From NCBI RefSeq assembly GCF_009914755.1, contig NC_060938.1: a stretch of DNA of 64,000 bases. The stretch is one strand, 5' to 3'. The notes below the pieces were generated by a model. It was not told the origin of the DNA and searched no databases. It was given only the letters and a program-made list of their open reading frames with translations. This document shows, piece after piece, positions 15,760 through 33,294 of this stretch. This DNA comes from the human T2T-CHM13v2.0 reference genome, Homo sapiens. Each line of letters opens with the position of its first letter. Position 1 is the first letter of the stretch. The translations under genes and the position numbers were made by a program.

Positions 15760-16184
15760 TGTTAGTTCATTCTTGCGTTGCTATAAAGAAATACCTGAGA
15801 CTGGTTAATTTATAAAGAAAAGAGGTTTAATTGGCTTACAGTTCTGCATGCTGTACAAGCATGGTGCTGGCATCTGCCCAGCTTCTGGGGAGGCCTCAGG
15901 AAGCTTACAATCATGGTGGAAGGCAAAGACGGGGTGGTGGTTTCTCACATGGTGAGAATGAGAGCAAGAGAGAGATTGGCAGGGGTGGGTGCCACACACT
16001 TGGGAAAAAAACAGATGAGAGCCTACTCACTCCAAGGGGATGGTTTTAAGCCACTCATGGGTTTTAAGCTCCCATGATCCAAACACCTCCCACCAGGCCC
16101 CACCTCTTAACACTAGGCTGGAGTACTTGCTTTCTAGTGTGGTCTCATGAGATTCGGACAGGGGCACATATCCAAACCATGTCA
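15760..16184 (-). mobile_element. MST-family (ERVL-MaLR) solo LTR, MSTB-like
   Basis: tgttagttcattcttgcgttgctataaagaaatacctgagactgg...catatccaaaccatgtca. TSD GATAC/CATAC. Confidence 0.88.
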
Positions 16185-16586
16185 CATACAATTCAAAGAA
16201 TTATAGCAATGTGTAAGTAAAAAGATCTTAATCTTTTGTAGTAAAAACAGAATGAAGAAGTATAAATGGTGAATTTTCATCTTGGAGGACAGGAGCTATA
16301 TAAAAACCCATCATGAAAAGTCTCAGCTTTGTATCTGGGAGAAACACATGATGAAAACGAGCTTGTTATGTTCTTTGTTCTCTTGTAGGCCTAGTCATTC
16401 ATTTTGGATGAGTTCTAAGCCCTGGTTAACAATCTCCCTTGTTTTCTTCTGTAGCTCTTATTATACCACACTAGAAAAGCAAGTACTCCAGCCCAGTTCC
16501 CTTACTTTCTAAGTCTTTTTCCATTTTCAAGCCATGTGTGTTATGTGCTGATTTTGGAATGGTCTGGAATGCTCTCTTCTTAACCT

Positions 16587-16716
16587 CAACCTCTCTGAGA
16601 CCTTACCAATCCGCAGAGTCCACTGGAGTCTCACCTCCAAGATAACTTCCCCAACCTCTCTGAGACCTTACCCATCCGCAGAGTCCACTGGAGTCTCACC
16701 TCCAAGATAACTTCCC
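16587..16716. repeat. 65-bp direct tandem duplication
   Basis: 16587-16651 and 16652-16716 differ at one base. Confidence 0.95.
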
Positions 16717-18223
16717 CAGCCACCTAAACCAAGCCCCAGCATCCCCAGCATCACTCTAGTGCTTAGTTATTATTCGGGGATGAGGTGAGGGGTTGCTAGA
16801 TCCACATGAAAACTCTACATGCTGTGAAGTGCAGTACAGATGTGAGAGGGCAACACTGTTTTCCTTGCATTATTATTTTTGTTTTACCTGTTATGTGTTT
16901 GTCCTGTCATCCCCTTCCCCCACATTATGACCCTCCTAGAGGTCAAAAGCTTTATGTTTCTTAACCCATCCCCAAGTGCAAAAAATAAAAAAAAATCAAA
17001 GCAGTATAGAGCTGGAATGAATGAGTGAGTGAACAGAATGATGCTCTCTCTGCTCATCGTAGCGAAGATATCTAATGTGCATGCTGTTAGTGTGGGCAAA
17101 AGAGCAAGGGTTTTATTCTGGAGGACTTTGATGCAGGTCTGGACTTTACTACAGTGTGGGATTGGTCCCCCTTTCATCCATATTCTCATGTGAAAAATGA
17201 GGAAGGTGATGTTGCTGTATACCTCATAGGGCAGTGTTTATGAGGAGTAAAGTGACGTTTGTGGAAAAACTATTTTGTTGCTTTTCAAGTGCTTATTAGT
17301 TGTTTCCAATAAAAACAAACATGAGGCAGAACTTTGATCAAGCGTTGGATAATTCATAAGTCATGCTCCGTCATAACCAGGAGGATGGTGTGGTCATGTG
17401 AGTGGGATGGGAACTGAAGGGAGACCTGACTCTGACTTCTGCAGCCTTGCCAGTCCTGAGCCTGGGGCAGCAGCATTAGTTCGGGTTGGGGCTGGTGGTG
17501 CTTGGCAGACCCTTTACCTGTGTCAAGGGAGCTTGATGAAGAAATTCTAGGAGCTTTGTAAATACTTGGGTATTCAGATTGAGACAGGGAAATGATTAAA
17601 TCTGTAAGGTAACATTTCTTCACACCAAGTGGGGAGCTTTTGGGTAGGGCCTTATGTTATGAAGAACCTTTGAATGTAAATGTGAAACTGGATGACAGTT
17701 ACCAAATTACAGCCACCCAGCTACTTTCTCTCTCTGTACTAGAAATTTATAGTAGATCCTGATACGGACACGTTTGCAAAAGAAAGAAGCAAAGTTAGCA
17801 GCAATAGCTTGCTGTAGTGACTTTGGGATTTAGAATCTGGACAACCTCACTTTTAATTCCTGTCTGCTGTGAATTGCTATCTGACACTTCAGCAGCGCCC
17901 AAACTTTTTAAGTGACTGTGTAACTGGGGGCATTGCAAGAAGCCACCTGCAGAATGATTTCTTACAAGCCCCCAGTGAAAAAATATACATATCTAATGTT
18001 AATTTAATCCAGTTTTCCAACTACTTGCAAGAGTTGTATATAACAAAGGGAGTGGGGACTTAGTGGGTGATCACCTGGCGGAGCTGCTTGTAGGTCATTG
18101 GATGTTTGCATTAGGAGCTCTGGGTTCTCATCATCTGGGGTAAATGATGTAAACTTTCTGTACCTTAGGGCCCATATTTATAAAATGAGAGTGTTGGGGC
18201 AGTAGTCTGTTCCCAAGCTGTGA

Positions 18224-18634
<411 letters not shown>

Positions 18635-18679
18635 TCAGAGGTTTTTTTAGGAGTGTTTTCCACTTAATAGTGGGAATTG

Positions 18680-19162
<483 letters not shown>

Positions 19163-20358
19163 TTACTCATTTGGCCTGAGTGGCTGTGTGGATGGTAGTA
19201 GTGGTTATTGGTCTGGTGGACAGAACAGGTTGGGAGTTGGATGATCCACATTCTGTTAAGTTTGACGTGCTTGGGAGAGATGTTATCTAGAGTTTTACAT
19301 TTCAAAGTCTTCAGTCTCTGGATGGCATTTAAATCTTTGGGACTGGGTGAGGTCAGCTAATTATTGAATTTAGATAGAAAAGATAGGAGTGCTAGAGACC
19401 AGGCCTACCTGACTCCAAGCCCTGGGGCCCAACATTTGGAGGTTGGGTAGAGGAGGAAGGTAGAAGCAGTTCAGGGCCTCTTGTGTTTGTATCGTACCTT
19501 CATACACGTAAGGGTTAATAAATATCTTTTAAAATAATGCTAAGTGCCAGGTGCTGAGAGATGAGAGCACTCTTCAGGGACCACCTCCTCCTGCGAAGTG
19601 CATGGATGCCCACCACCCTCACTGCTTTGGGTCAGGCAGCCTCCGTCTAGACTCTCATGTCCTTCTGTGTCAGCTGGTTGACTTGAATATTGATCAAGAG
19701 TCAGTTTTGTTTGTAGCAAACCCTGTTTTGGTCAGTAGGACTTGTTGTAATTGCGTAATTAAAATGTTATGTTATCTGATTAAATCAGTATTATTTTTCT
19801 ACAAAAATATGTTAAATACTTTGGAAAGCTTCCAAAGGCAAGCCTCAAAAAAAAAAAAAATCCAAAAAACCACAAACTCAAAGCTGCTGTTATAATATGT
19901 TACGTGTGGTCATGATGACTATAAAAGATTGGGGGGAAATAATTAAACTACTCTAAGCATTCTCAGATTGCTTCTTGAGAGCTTTGAGTTTGTGCTATAC
20001 TCTAATAAAAAGGGAAATTGAAAGTTGTCATGATGCTTTTTTGGGTGGTTTGTATAAGAATGACTAGACTAACAGTCATTCAGGAGACTGATTATTCTTA
20101 CAAAAGGCCTTGTCCTTACATTACAAAGTTGGTTAATGAATGTATAACATGTTCAGTTTAAATAAAATGTCTGAGATATATAGTGTTTCTCAGTTTCCAA
20201 ACCAAGTTTCCTATTATCTTGGTTAAGTGAGTTTTTACTATGTGAACTTTGTAAAAAATAATCATCTAGTATGTGCCAAGAGCCCTAAAAATGGTTATCT
20301 TGCTAATATTACTTCTGGGACTTTATTCTATGAAAACTTAAAAAAAAAAAAAAAAAAA

Positions 20359-20501
20359 GCAGGGTCTTACTTGGTCACCCAGGCTGGAGTGCAGTAGTGT
20401 GATCATAGCTCACGGAAGCCTCACACTCCTGGGCTCAAATGATCGTCCCACCTTAGCTTTCTGAGTAGCTGGGACTATAGGCGTTAGCCACAGCACCTGG
20501 C
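20359..20501 (-). mobile_element. Alu right monomer (FRAM/AluJ)
   Basis: Alu arm sequence. Confidence 0.8.
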
Positions 20502-23500
20502 TTAATTTTCCACTTAAAATGGGTGTTATTTCTCTAATTACATGATAATTATATTATAATAATGGATAACATGAAACTTTAAAGAGAGGCTTTTTAAATT
20601 TGGTTGCTGTTGAGTGTTGGTGCTTCATAGAATGACTAAGAGAGACCATGAATGAAAACAGTACACATTACTTTCAGCTTTCATATGTAAGTGTAATAAG
20701 ATATAAACAAGATTACCTTTATTTAATTAAAGGTACATATAAAAATAAAATTGCTTTTATCTGTACAATAATTATAACATAATATATAACTGTAAGTCTA
20801 GAAATAAAATTACTTTTAATCTTCATAATCATTATTCATCATTTATAATAGTTATTACTCTTTATAATAACCAAGACAGTGGAACAAAGTGGAATTTTCC
20901 TGAGTTTAGAAATAGTTTCAGAAAGGTTTGTTCCCCCATCCCTTTTTACACAGCTAGTACTGGCAGAATTTGAGCCCAGATTTTCTGATTCAAATTTATT
21001 GGTCTTTTCATTTCTAGCACTGTTCTTTGGTTTTTTCTTCTGTAAAGTTAGGTGCGAAAAGGAGGAGTAGTGGGGATCTGCCTTAAAAATCCTATATGTG
21101 GAACTACTCATGGATAGAAAATAAAAGGTTAAACTGGATGAGATGTAAGTCTGTCTTCGAAACAGGAAGATCATTCTGGGCTTTCTCTTTTATATAATGG
21201 TACTTTAAAAATGCTGAGGAAGGATTTGGGTGATGTGGTCAAAGTGATGGGAGAAAAATAACTTGAGAACAGAAATGTTCTCAGAAGGAGTCTAGAACTA
21301 TGTTTTCCAAATAAGTGCATTTGCTGAAGGACAGGAAGAAAATATTAGAGCTGTCATTAAGCTGTTCTAAGAAATAAGCTAAAATGTACTAATATTTAAT
21401 ATTTGATTGAAACTGGGAACCTTGCTCATGTCATCTGTCAGATGACAAGTGTCCTATTTTGAATGCAGCTATCCTGGGATTATGTGGAACTTCCATAGTG
21501 CAAAGGGTCCTGCATTCCCTTGTTTGCTTTCAGCCTGTTGTGACATGCTACATTTACTCATCAGACTTACAGATTATGTTAACCAGTTTTAATTAAAGCA
21601 ACAGCTGCAAAATTGACACTTGGCTTATAAAGATTCCTACAGAGAATTATGGGTTGAAGGTAACGTAGATAATGCAAATAAAAATGAGCCGTAAATAGTT
21701 GGCAGAGCTGAGACTTCTCCCAGTACAAGCTATGATCAACTATGAAGTTAGCTGGAAAGTGAATTTTGTCTAAGAAAATTTAGTTATTTTACATGGAATT
21801 GTCAGGCACTTACAAAAATCCTCCAAACTGACGGTGATTCTGCTGTTGGCCAACTGGGAGTGTGCTGAGTGCTTCAGTGGACCAGTGGATAATGCCCACT
21901 GGGAGATACAGTCCTTTGCAAGTAATTGACTTTCTTTTCTAATTCATTCTATTCTGCAGCTGTTTGAGTATCTCTTAGGTCCAGGCACCATGCCAGGGTG
22001 ATAAAGAAGACAAAGCCTATAAGGAGATCACAATATAAAAAGGTCTCAATCTTGTGCCAAAATTATAGAATGGGAATTATTTAGTTGTGAGGGATTTGTG
22101 GAGTAATCTCAGTTCAGCCCTGTCATTGTTCAGGTGAGGACATCTCTGCTGTGCACCACACTGCTCATCAGTCCCTCCTATCAGTACGTAGGACCCATCA
22201 GAATCCCTCCCCTGATTGGTATCTTCGGGCTTCACATAATAGCTTCCAGTTTTTCCTCTCTTCATTTGGCTATTTATAGTTGATTCTTAATTCTGATTTT
22301 CTAACTTGCATTTTTGCCAGTAGGCATTGCTAATATATTCCAGCCTGAAAAAAAACCCTTAAATTTCAGGCTGTAAATCGTGTAAAATGAATGAGTTTTC
22401 TTAAGAACATTTTGTGTGTGTAGGTGTGTGTGCATGTGTGAAATTCTGACTGTCAATTTTCTTTTGAATGTAGAATGTCTTTGCTGGCCACTCAGACTAA
22501 TAGAAATAATAGCATCTTAGGCAACAGAAGGGAAAGCACTGCTGTGAAGGTGTCACTTGACATCCCTGTTTATTGTTGACATGTAATAAAAAACAGTGTT
22601 CCTTGTGCATGTGAGCCAAGGTTTGGTCATGTGTAACCAGGTGATTATTTTTAAGTACATGTCTGACAGAACACCAAGAAGTACCAGTCTTTAAAGAATG
22701 CTATAGCATATACTTCAGGCTTGAAATATTGTAATAAAAGCAGGTTTGTTAAAAGCTTATCTGTTCCTGCATACTGTTCTCCAGCAAGCTAAACACATCA
22801 AGAAGCAGTCTCTCCCATTTAGAAATAACCAGACTTTCCTTATGTTTGTAACTGATTTTTTTTTATTAATTGGTGAGAACAATGTTGTTGGAAAGTTTAG
22901 TGTATCTTTCCCCCTCCTCCTCTTTGTGATGATGGTGGTGGGGGATTAGGTAATACCTTCAAACAGTAGGATTTTTCCTTGTATTTGAAAACCAATACAA
23001 GTCACTGTCATAATTTTTGGCAAATTATGTCAGGAGTAGAGGAAAGGGAATTCTTCACCTATCTTGATGTTTCAATATTGGGAACATTTGAAAAATAGAG
23101 AAAATTAGAAAGAAAAAAATTATCCGTAGCTTCTCCATTAAAACAAAAATTCTGCTTTCAAAATGTCTTCCAATGTAACACATTTGTGGTTATTTTATGA
23201 ATTGAATGGCCAGAGCTATGTACATAGGACACAGCTGAAAAAGGGAAGGCGCAGTCAGTGAAAGTGGAATGAGGGCAACATCCAAATTGCCCTTTTAATG
23301 GTTATTATTGTGTTTCCTTGAAAAAGGCTAAAATGCCTCCAGTGGAAGACTAATAGTATTTGGACAGAAAGAGTGCAGTGTTAAGAAATTATTTTATCAT
23401 AGCATTTTGAACCAAGGCTGGATCATTTTTGTTTAACAGTGTAATTGAGAGCTGTTCCTCACTTTCATTTACTCCATTGAGGAAAGCATCATTTCTAGCA

Positions 23501-24044
23501 GGAGGTTTACAGTGAGGTAGGTCATATTTGGGCACGTTGTAGAGGCACCGCAGTTGTGGTGGTCTTGATGACACAGTGCAGATGCTCCTGCTGAAACTGG
23601 TTTCTGTGACCTTTTCCTTTTGTATACACACTCTTCAAGTTTTAAAACAAACTGTATGTGTATTGGGTGCTTCCTGTTGAGGAAATGAAGGAGGTATGTA
23701 TAACCCGGTGGGGTAGAGATGGGCCTGGATTGTAGTGGACAAATTTTGGATGACTCCGAGTTCATGCATCTGTTTCCCGGATGTTTCACCTGCTTTGTAA
23801 CATCAGTGTCTCAAAAGCCAGAAGCCAAATGGCAAGAACTGTTGGGCTCTGTTGAACATTAGCGTTCTTGCTGTTAAACAGTCATATTTTTGTGGCTGAA
23901 CAGTTAACTTTGGAAAGAAATGGTTTTGTGGTATCTCTAAAAATATTTTATAAGTACACTGGTTTAAATAACACTTAATACTACATTGTTCCATTATCTT
24001 TAAAACTCATTTCTGTGGCAGTTTTCAGTACCATATTTATGTAA

Positions 24045-24418
<374 letters not shown>

Positions 24419-24463
24419 TAACTACCCCATAACTCTTCTACCTCGCTCAAAAAGTTTCTTTGT

Positions 24464-26172
<1,709 letters not shown>

Positions 26173-26811
26173 CATGACTTCCTCCTTCCCTGGGGTTCCC
26201 CTTTTTACTTTTCCAGCCACAGAGATGAGACATTAGAATAGGACGTACTTCCTGTGACTGCTTGCATTTCGGGCCAAGAGGCAGAAAGACAGAGGAAAAA
26301 AGCAGCAGATGTTTGCTCCTACATCTTGAGATCAGAGCTCCTCTGATCAGAGAGGAAGGTTCCTTTCCCTCAGAGTATATGTGACTGTTGTCCCCGCTGT
26401 CCACCACCACCTTGGAATTGCCTTGGATTGGGAAGCAAGAGAATTAAAAAGAAAAAAAAAAGGAAAGAAAAATGGAGTGTTTCCCCCATTTTCTCCAGGT
26501 TTAGGAATTCCCTTTTCTGCTCCTCTAGCTAAAACTCAGTTTGTTCCCTCTGTCCACATCCTGGTATGCCATGTCTAGCTGCCTTGAGTCCAGGCTGGTG
26601 ATTTCTTACGAAAAAAGTGGGACGCTCATTGCCAGTTTGGTAGTACCTTGAGATTCATTCTTCTTCCCTAATCAGCCTGCTATCGTTTACTTTTCAGACC
26701 CCTCAAATAGCTGCTTATAATCTTTCCAGGTATTATAACTGCATTCAGTAGAGAAATGAGATGGAGTACCCTTCCTTCATCCTACCCAGGACCAGTACCC
26801 CTCTTTTTCCA

Positions 26812-26899
26812 TGTGTGTGTGTATGTAGGTATGTATGTATGTATGTATGTATGTATGTATGTATGTGTGTATATATGTATGTATTCATTCATTCATTCA

Positions 26900-26900
<1 letters not shown>
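26812..26900. repeat. (TATG)n/(TTCA)n microsatellite (Alu tail)
   Basis: Direct observation. Confidence 0.95.
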
Positions 26901-27879
<979 letters not shown>

Positions 27880-27971
27880 CAGACTAGTGTTTTTCACAAA
27901 TTGCACACATCTTAAAATAATAGACATTCTGTTTCTCTTAGTCTTAAAAAAAAAAAAAAAAAGAAGAAGTC

Positions 27972-28283
27972 AGCCGTGCACAGTGGCTCACGCCTGTAAT
28001 CCCAGCATTTTGGGAGGCCTAGTTGGGTGGAACACCTGAGGTCAGGAGTTTGAAACCAGCCTGGCCAACATGGTGAGACCCCGTCTCTACTAAAAATACA
28101 AAAATTAGCTGGGCTTGGTGGTGGGTGCCTGTAATCCCAGCTACTCGGGATGCTGAGGCAGGAGAATCACTTGAACCCAGGAGGCGGAGTTTGAAGTGAG
28201 CCAAGATTGCACCACTGTTTTCCAGCCTGGGTGACAGAGCAAGACTCTGTTTCCAAAACAAAAAACAAACAAACAAAAAAACA
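27972..28283 (+). mobile_element. AluSx-like
   Basis: Full dimer. Confidence 0.92.
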
Positions 28284-28687
28284 AAGGTCATTTTATCTTG
28301 GCTGAATTAATATATATTGTGTAAAATACAAGAACAAACTAGAAACCTTTCAGTTTTGTGGAAATTCTGTGCTAGGATCACAGTGGACTCTTTTCTTGCT
28401 TTTCCTTTCTACTAAAAAAATTAACAATTTAAAGTGAGCATTTTAATACCATATGTAAATTTACATTTAGTGCTATTTGATTTTAGGTGCAGAAATGCAC
28501 CCAGGACACCTGTAGTCATTCACTTTCCTGTTTACCTTGTGGTTCTCATCTTTTGTTACTTTAAAAAATGTCTAATTTTAAGTCTTTTATATCCAATTAT
28601 TGAGTTGCCTTTGAGATGTGATTTGATATGTTTTCATTCTGAACCCCTTGCATAAGTTCAGGCGAATTAGAGAATATAGGGAAGTCC

Positions 28688-29020
<333 letters not shown>

Positions 29021-31099
29021 GTCCCCAAAAAAAGAGAGGCTAATGATTAACATATTCATTCTCTACTGACTTTTTAAAAACATGGACTAAGTGTAATTAT
29101 CCAGACAGCTGGTGAAAAACAAATATAGTTCAGTGGATTCCTAGTGAAAACAACTACGTGGTCTAAAAATTAGCTAATTTATTTTAAGTCATTATTTATC
29201 AGTAGAAAACCATTAAAAATTAGTGAGGGGGAAACTAACTGTAGGTGATCATAAATCTCTTGAAATCCACCCCCGGAGGCCATGTTAATGGAGTCACAGC
29301 AGGATATAGGAGTAGACAATTAGGAAGGTGAAGTTTAAGGTAATTAAGAATAACTCACATGGCATTTTAATTATAGAAAACGATAATAAAATACAAAGAT
29401 GGAAGATAGTTGGATAATCCTATGACATCTCTTTATAGATATATCAAAATGGTAACTGGTATTTTTATGCTTTTAGTATTTATTTTCCACAAAATGGCAA
29501 GTGTCACAGGGCTTGAACGCTGCCCTCCTAAGTGTTTACCATGCTTTTGTTACTTAAGACTAATGAGACCATTGGGACCCTTTATGGAGCTCTGTGCCAG
29601 GCCCTGTGCTGAGCAGCTCACATAGGTTATGCCGTGTCATCCTCAGGAGAACCCTGGGAAGCTGGTCCTGATGGGCAGGAGAGAAAGCAGGCACAGAGAG
29701 TAGGTAAGTGCTAAGGATTCAAATCTACAGGGTCTGGCTGTAGAGCCTTTGCTCTTCAGCTTTTAGCTATAAGATCCCCTAGTTAAGTGGGGTGAAAGAC
29801 TGAGAGGGAGGGGATTGGGAAGACCAAATGAAACAGTGAAGGATATTTTGACCAGAGGTGTAGAAGCTTCAAAATCAAGTGCTGGGTTTAGCGATTACCC
29901 AATCTCAACCAAGGAAAGAATGGGAACAGTCCAGTTCCAGGATTCATTATGCCACCAGAACATTTCTTCTGCCAATTTTTCCCAAGTCAGTGTGGTATAA
30001 GTAGCCACTTTTTGTTGCCACTCTTTCCCTGAGTACATCTCTCTCAGTCAAAGTGTGTGGAAACGCGCCTCATTAAATCTGTGCCGGGGACCAAATCCAA
30101 AGAAAGACTTAGACAGGATTAGAGAGGAGAGAAGAATTTAGTACTTTTTTCATAGGGATGAATTAGGGCTCTGATGTATTTAACCTCTTAAGCTTTCTGA
30201 ATGATCTTATGGAGATGAGTCCTTGTCTGGGTTCAAAGAATTGACTCCTCTCCATCTTCTCTCCCTCTCACCCAAATTGAAGTGCTTTTAGCCAGTTGGT
30301 AGATTTTATACTTCTGGAAGAGAATAGGACCCGTAAGGAATTGAGGAATGGTGTTAACATCCTGTCCAGATGGATATTTGTGCCTAGATGTTCATGTTTA
30401 TACACATTTTTGTGTGTGTATGAATGCACAGGCAGCAGCCAACTCATAGTCAGCCAGACAACTTGGGTGGTATTCTTCTTTTTTACGAACAATTTCAGCT
30501 GACAGCTAAGCACAGATATGATCCTTTATGATATCCAGAGATTTGTTTTACTCTCTTTTTGATAAGAGACTTCATACTTGCAGGCCAAAGACATTCAAGT
30601 CTTTGGAGGGAAAAGTCTTAAAAGTGGTCAGAATTTGAGGGCTATTAGAATTTTATTCTTTACCTAAATCTAAATATTTGTTTTAGATGGTAGTTTACCC
30701 ACACCATGCAGAAAAATTATAGATGTTTGGGGTACCGTTTTTCTTTCTATTAATAACAGATGATTATAATTAGAGGCATTTGAGCATGAAACTAGTGGGG
30801 AACGTGCTCTGTGGTATTTTAGGGTGAAGTTGCACTTTGCTCTTTGTGCGCACATTGCTCTTTGTGAAAATGTCTCCTAATTCATCTTTCATGTACAGTG
30901 TTGCTTACAACATTGTATCATGCATTCATGTGAGACTTCAAAACCAGACCACTTGATTCTATTCTTCTGGAGCCACTGATAATTGTTGGGAGACTACATT
31001 TGTATAAAACCTCTGCAGAAATCAAGAGAGGCCCAGCTTTATTGTAATTTTAACAGTTTGGGCAAGTTTAAAATTTGAGTTATGTTTCTGTAGCCTTAT

Positions 31100-31640
31100 C
31101 CTTGCTCACCTAGACTACTGATTTACCATCCCATCCCACCCCTGCACCCATTTCATTTTCTGCATTGCCACCAGAGTTTCTGTACAAAAAGCATGTCTAA
31201 CCATGTCACTCTCCTGCTGAAAACATTTCCAAGGCTCCTCACAGCTCACTGGAGAAAGTTCAGGAGTCTTCATGTGGCCTTCAAGCCTTGTGATGGGAAC
31301 CTTGCTCAACCATATCATCTATCACTTCCTGCTTGGAACTAGGCCCTTCTGATGCACTATGCTCTCTGTCACCGGTAAGGTTTTACTCCTTCCCTCTGAC
31401 ATCGCTAGGTTGGGCTGCATGCCCCACCTCTGCACTCCGTAGCACCCTGTGTTCGCCTCTTTGGTTGCTCATGTCTGTACGATGTTTGTCTGTTCATATG
31501 AGGAAGCTGTGGATTCCTCAAAAGCAGGGGGCTCTGTCCTCATTATTTGTGTTCCTCTAGCCTGCTGCAGAAACGGACACATATAATAGACACTATCCTC
31601 AGTATGTCTTAATGCAGCCTTGAATAAATGGTGGAGTTGC
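31100..31640. mobile_element. L2 relic (similar relics near 16560-17040, 18970-19450, 34600-35080, 38810-39000, 52550-53150)
   Basis: ccatgtcactctcctgctgaaaac... L2 3'-region motifs. Confidence 0.6.
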
Positions 31641-32766
31641 TCTTTGAGGTCGTGAGTTCTCATCACTACAGGTGTTTCACATAGCAGCTGAGAGGACACT
31701 GTTGCTTAGAAGTCACTCTGCCTCTCATTTTATTTGTTATTTTGTTTGAAGCTTTTAGTTGGACAGCTTTTTTTTTTTTTTTAACTTTCTCATCTTTTTT
31801 TTTTTCCTTTTTGAACTTTCTCGTCTTTTATCTTTGATACTCAAATAAGTAATCTAGCTACTTAAATATTTAAAACCCTTTAAGTAATTAGCATTGTATT
31901 AATAATTATAAAATGCCCATTATGTGTCAAACATTTTGCTAGGTTCTTTATATATATTAGCACTAATTTTTCCAACAATGTTAGAAGGGGAATGATTTCA
32001 TAGTGTATCAGAAGGGCCAAGCATTATTTTCATTTTATGATTTTTAGGAACTAGGGCCAGAGAGAGGGAAATTAATCTGCAAGGTTTTACCTGCAGTTGG
32101 TGATTATTAGAATCAGGATTGAAATCTAGGTTTGAATCTGGACGTGATACTCATTTTGCTATCCCAGAAAACTGATGTTTATGTAACAACTTACCATACA
32201 GTAGGAATTCAGCAGTTATTGTCAGATAGCAGAGACTTGACAGTAGGCTTATTGTTAGTTTGGCAACCAATATTTGAAATAGAGAGGAATAATGATTTGT
32301 TTTAAAAAGTGAACAGAGCTAAAAATGGAAATGGAATTACTTTGCTTAATGCCTCCATTTGGATTTTGTTCCTAGCTTTAAACAAAACCTATGCTTAGAG
32401 TTAAGTTAGAGTAGAGAACATGATCCTGACTCTTCTGCAGTCAGTAGACTTCTGATTCTGCACAAAGACAGGAGTACCCCTCCCCTTACTCCATCCCAGC
32501 CCTGTGGAATTACTAAGTTTAGATGAGTGTAATTCGTTGCCCATGATCCTTTAGCTATTTTGGAGGGTGGGAATAGAGAAAGAGGTACAATAACGTTTCC
32601 ACAAAAACCAAATGAAATGTGTGTCACTTATCAGGTAAGTTGCCATAAAGCAGCTCTACCTTTTAAAGATAAAATGACAGGATATCAGTAGCAGAAGAAT
32701 GCTATTACAGTTAAGTCCATGAAATCCTGTGATGATGGGCAGTGGCAACCAGATATTCATTTAGAG

Positions 32767-33294
32767 AAGGGGTCTCCAACCCCCGGACCACGGACCAGTA
32801 CCAGTCTGTGGCCTCTTGGGAACTGGGCTGCGTAGCAGGAGGTGAGCAGTGAGCAGGCAAGTGAAGCTTCATCTGTATTTACAGCTGCTCCCCATTGCCC
32901 ATTACCACCTGAGCTCCGCCTCTTGTCAGATCAGTGGTGGCATTAGATTCTTATAGGAGTGCAAACCCTATTGTGAACTGTGCATGTGAGGGATCTAGGT
33001 TACGTGCTCCTTATGAGAATCTAATGCCCGATGATCTGTCACTGTCTCCCATCACCCCCAGATGGGACCATCTAGTTGCAGGAAAACCTGCTTAGGGCTC
33101 CCACTGACTCTACATTGTGGTGAGTTGTATAATTATTTTATTATGTATTATAATGTAATAATAATAAAAATAAAGTGCATGATAAATGTAATATACTTGA
33201 ATCATCCTGAAACCATTCCCTACTGCCCCCAGTGTGTGGAAAAATTGTCTTCCACAAAACTAGTCTGTGGTGCCAAAAAGATTGGGGACCGCTG
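32767..33294 (+). mobile_element. MER1A (hAT-Charlie) DNA transposon
   Basis: TIRs aggggtctccaacc / attggggaccgctg, ~528 bp, degenerate 8-bp TSD atttagag/gtttaggg. Confidence 0.85.

Noticed and set aside
16587-16716. CRISPR-like or functional repeat array
   Set aside because: Only two adjacent copies, no spacers, eukaryotic context.
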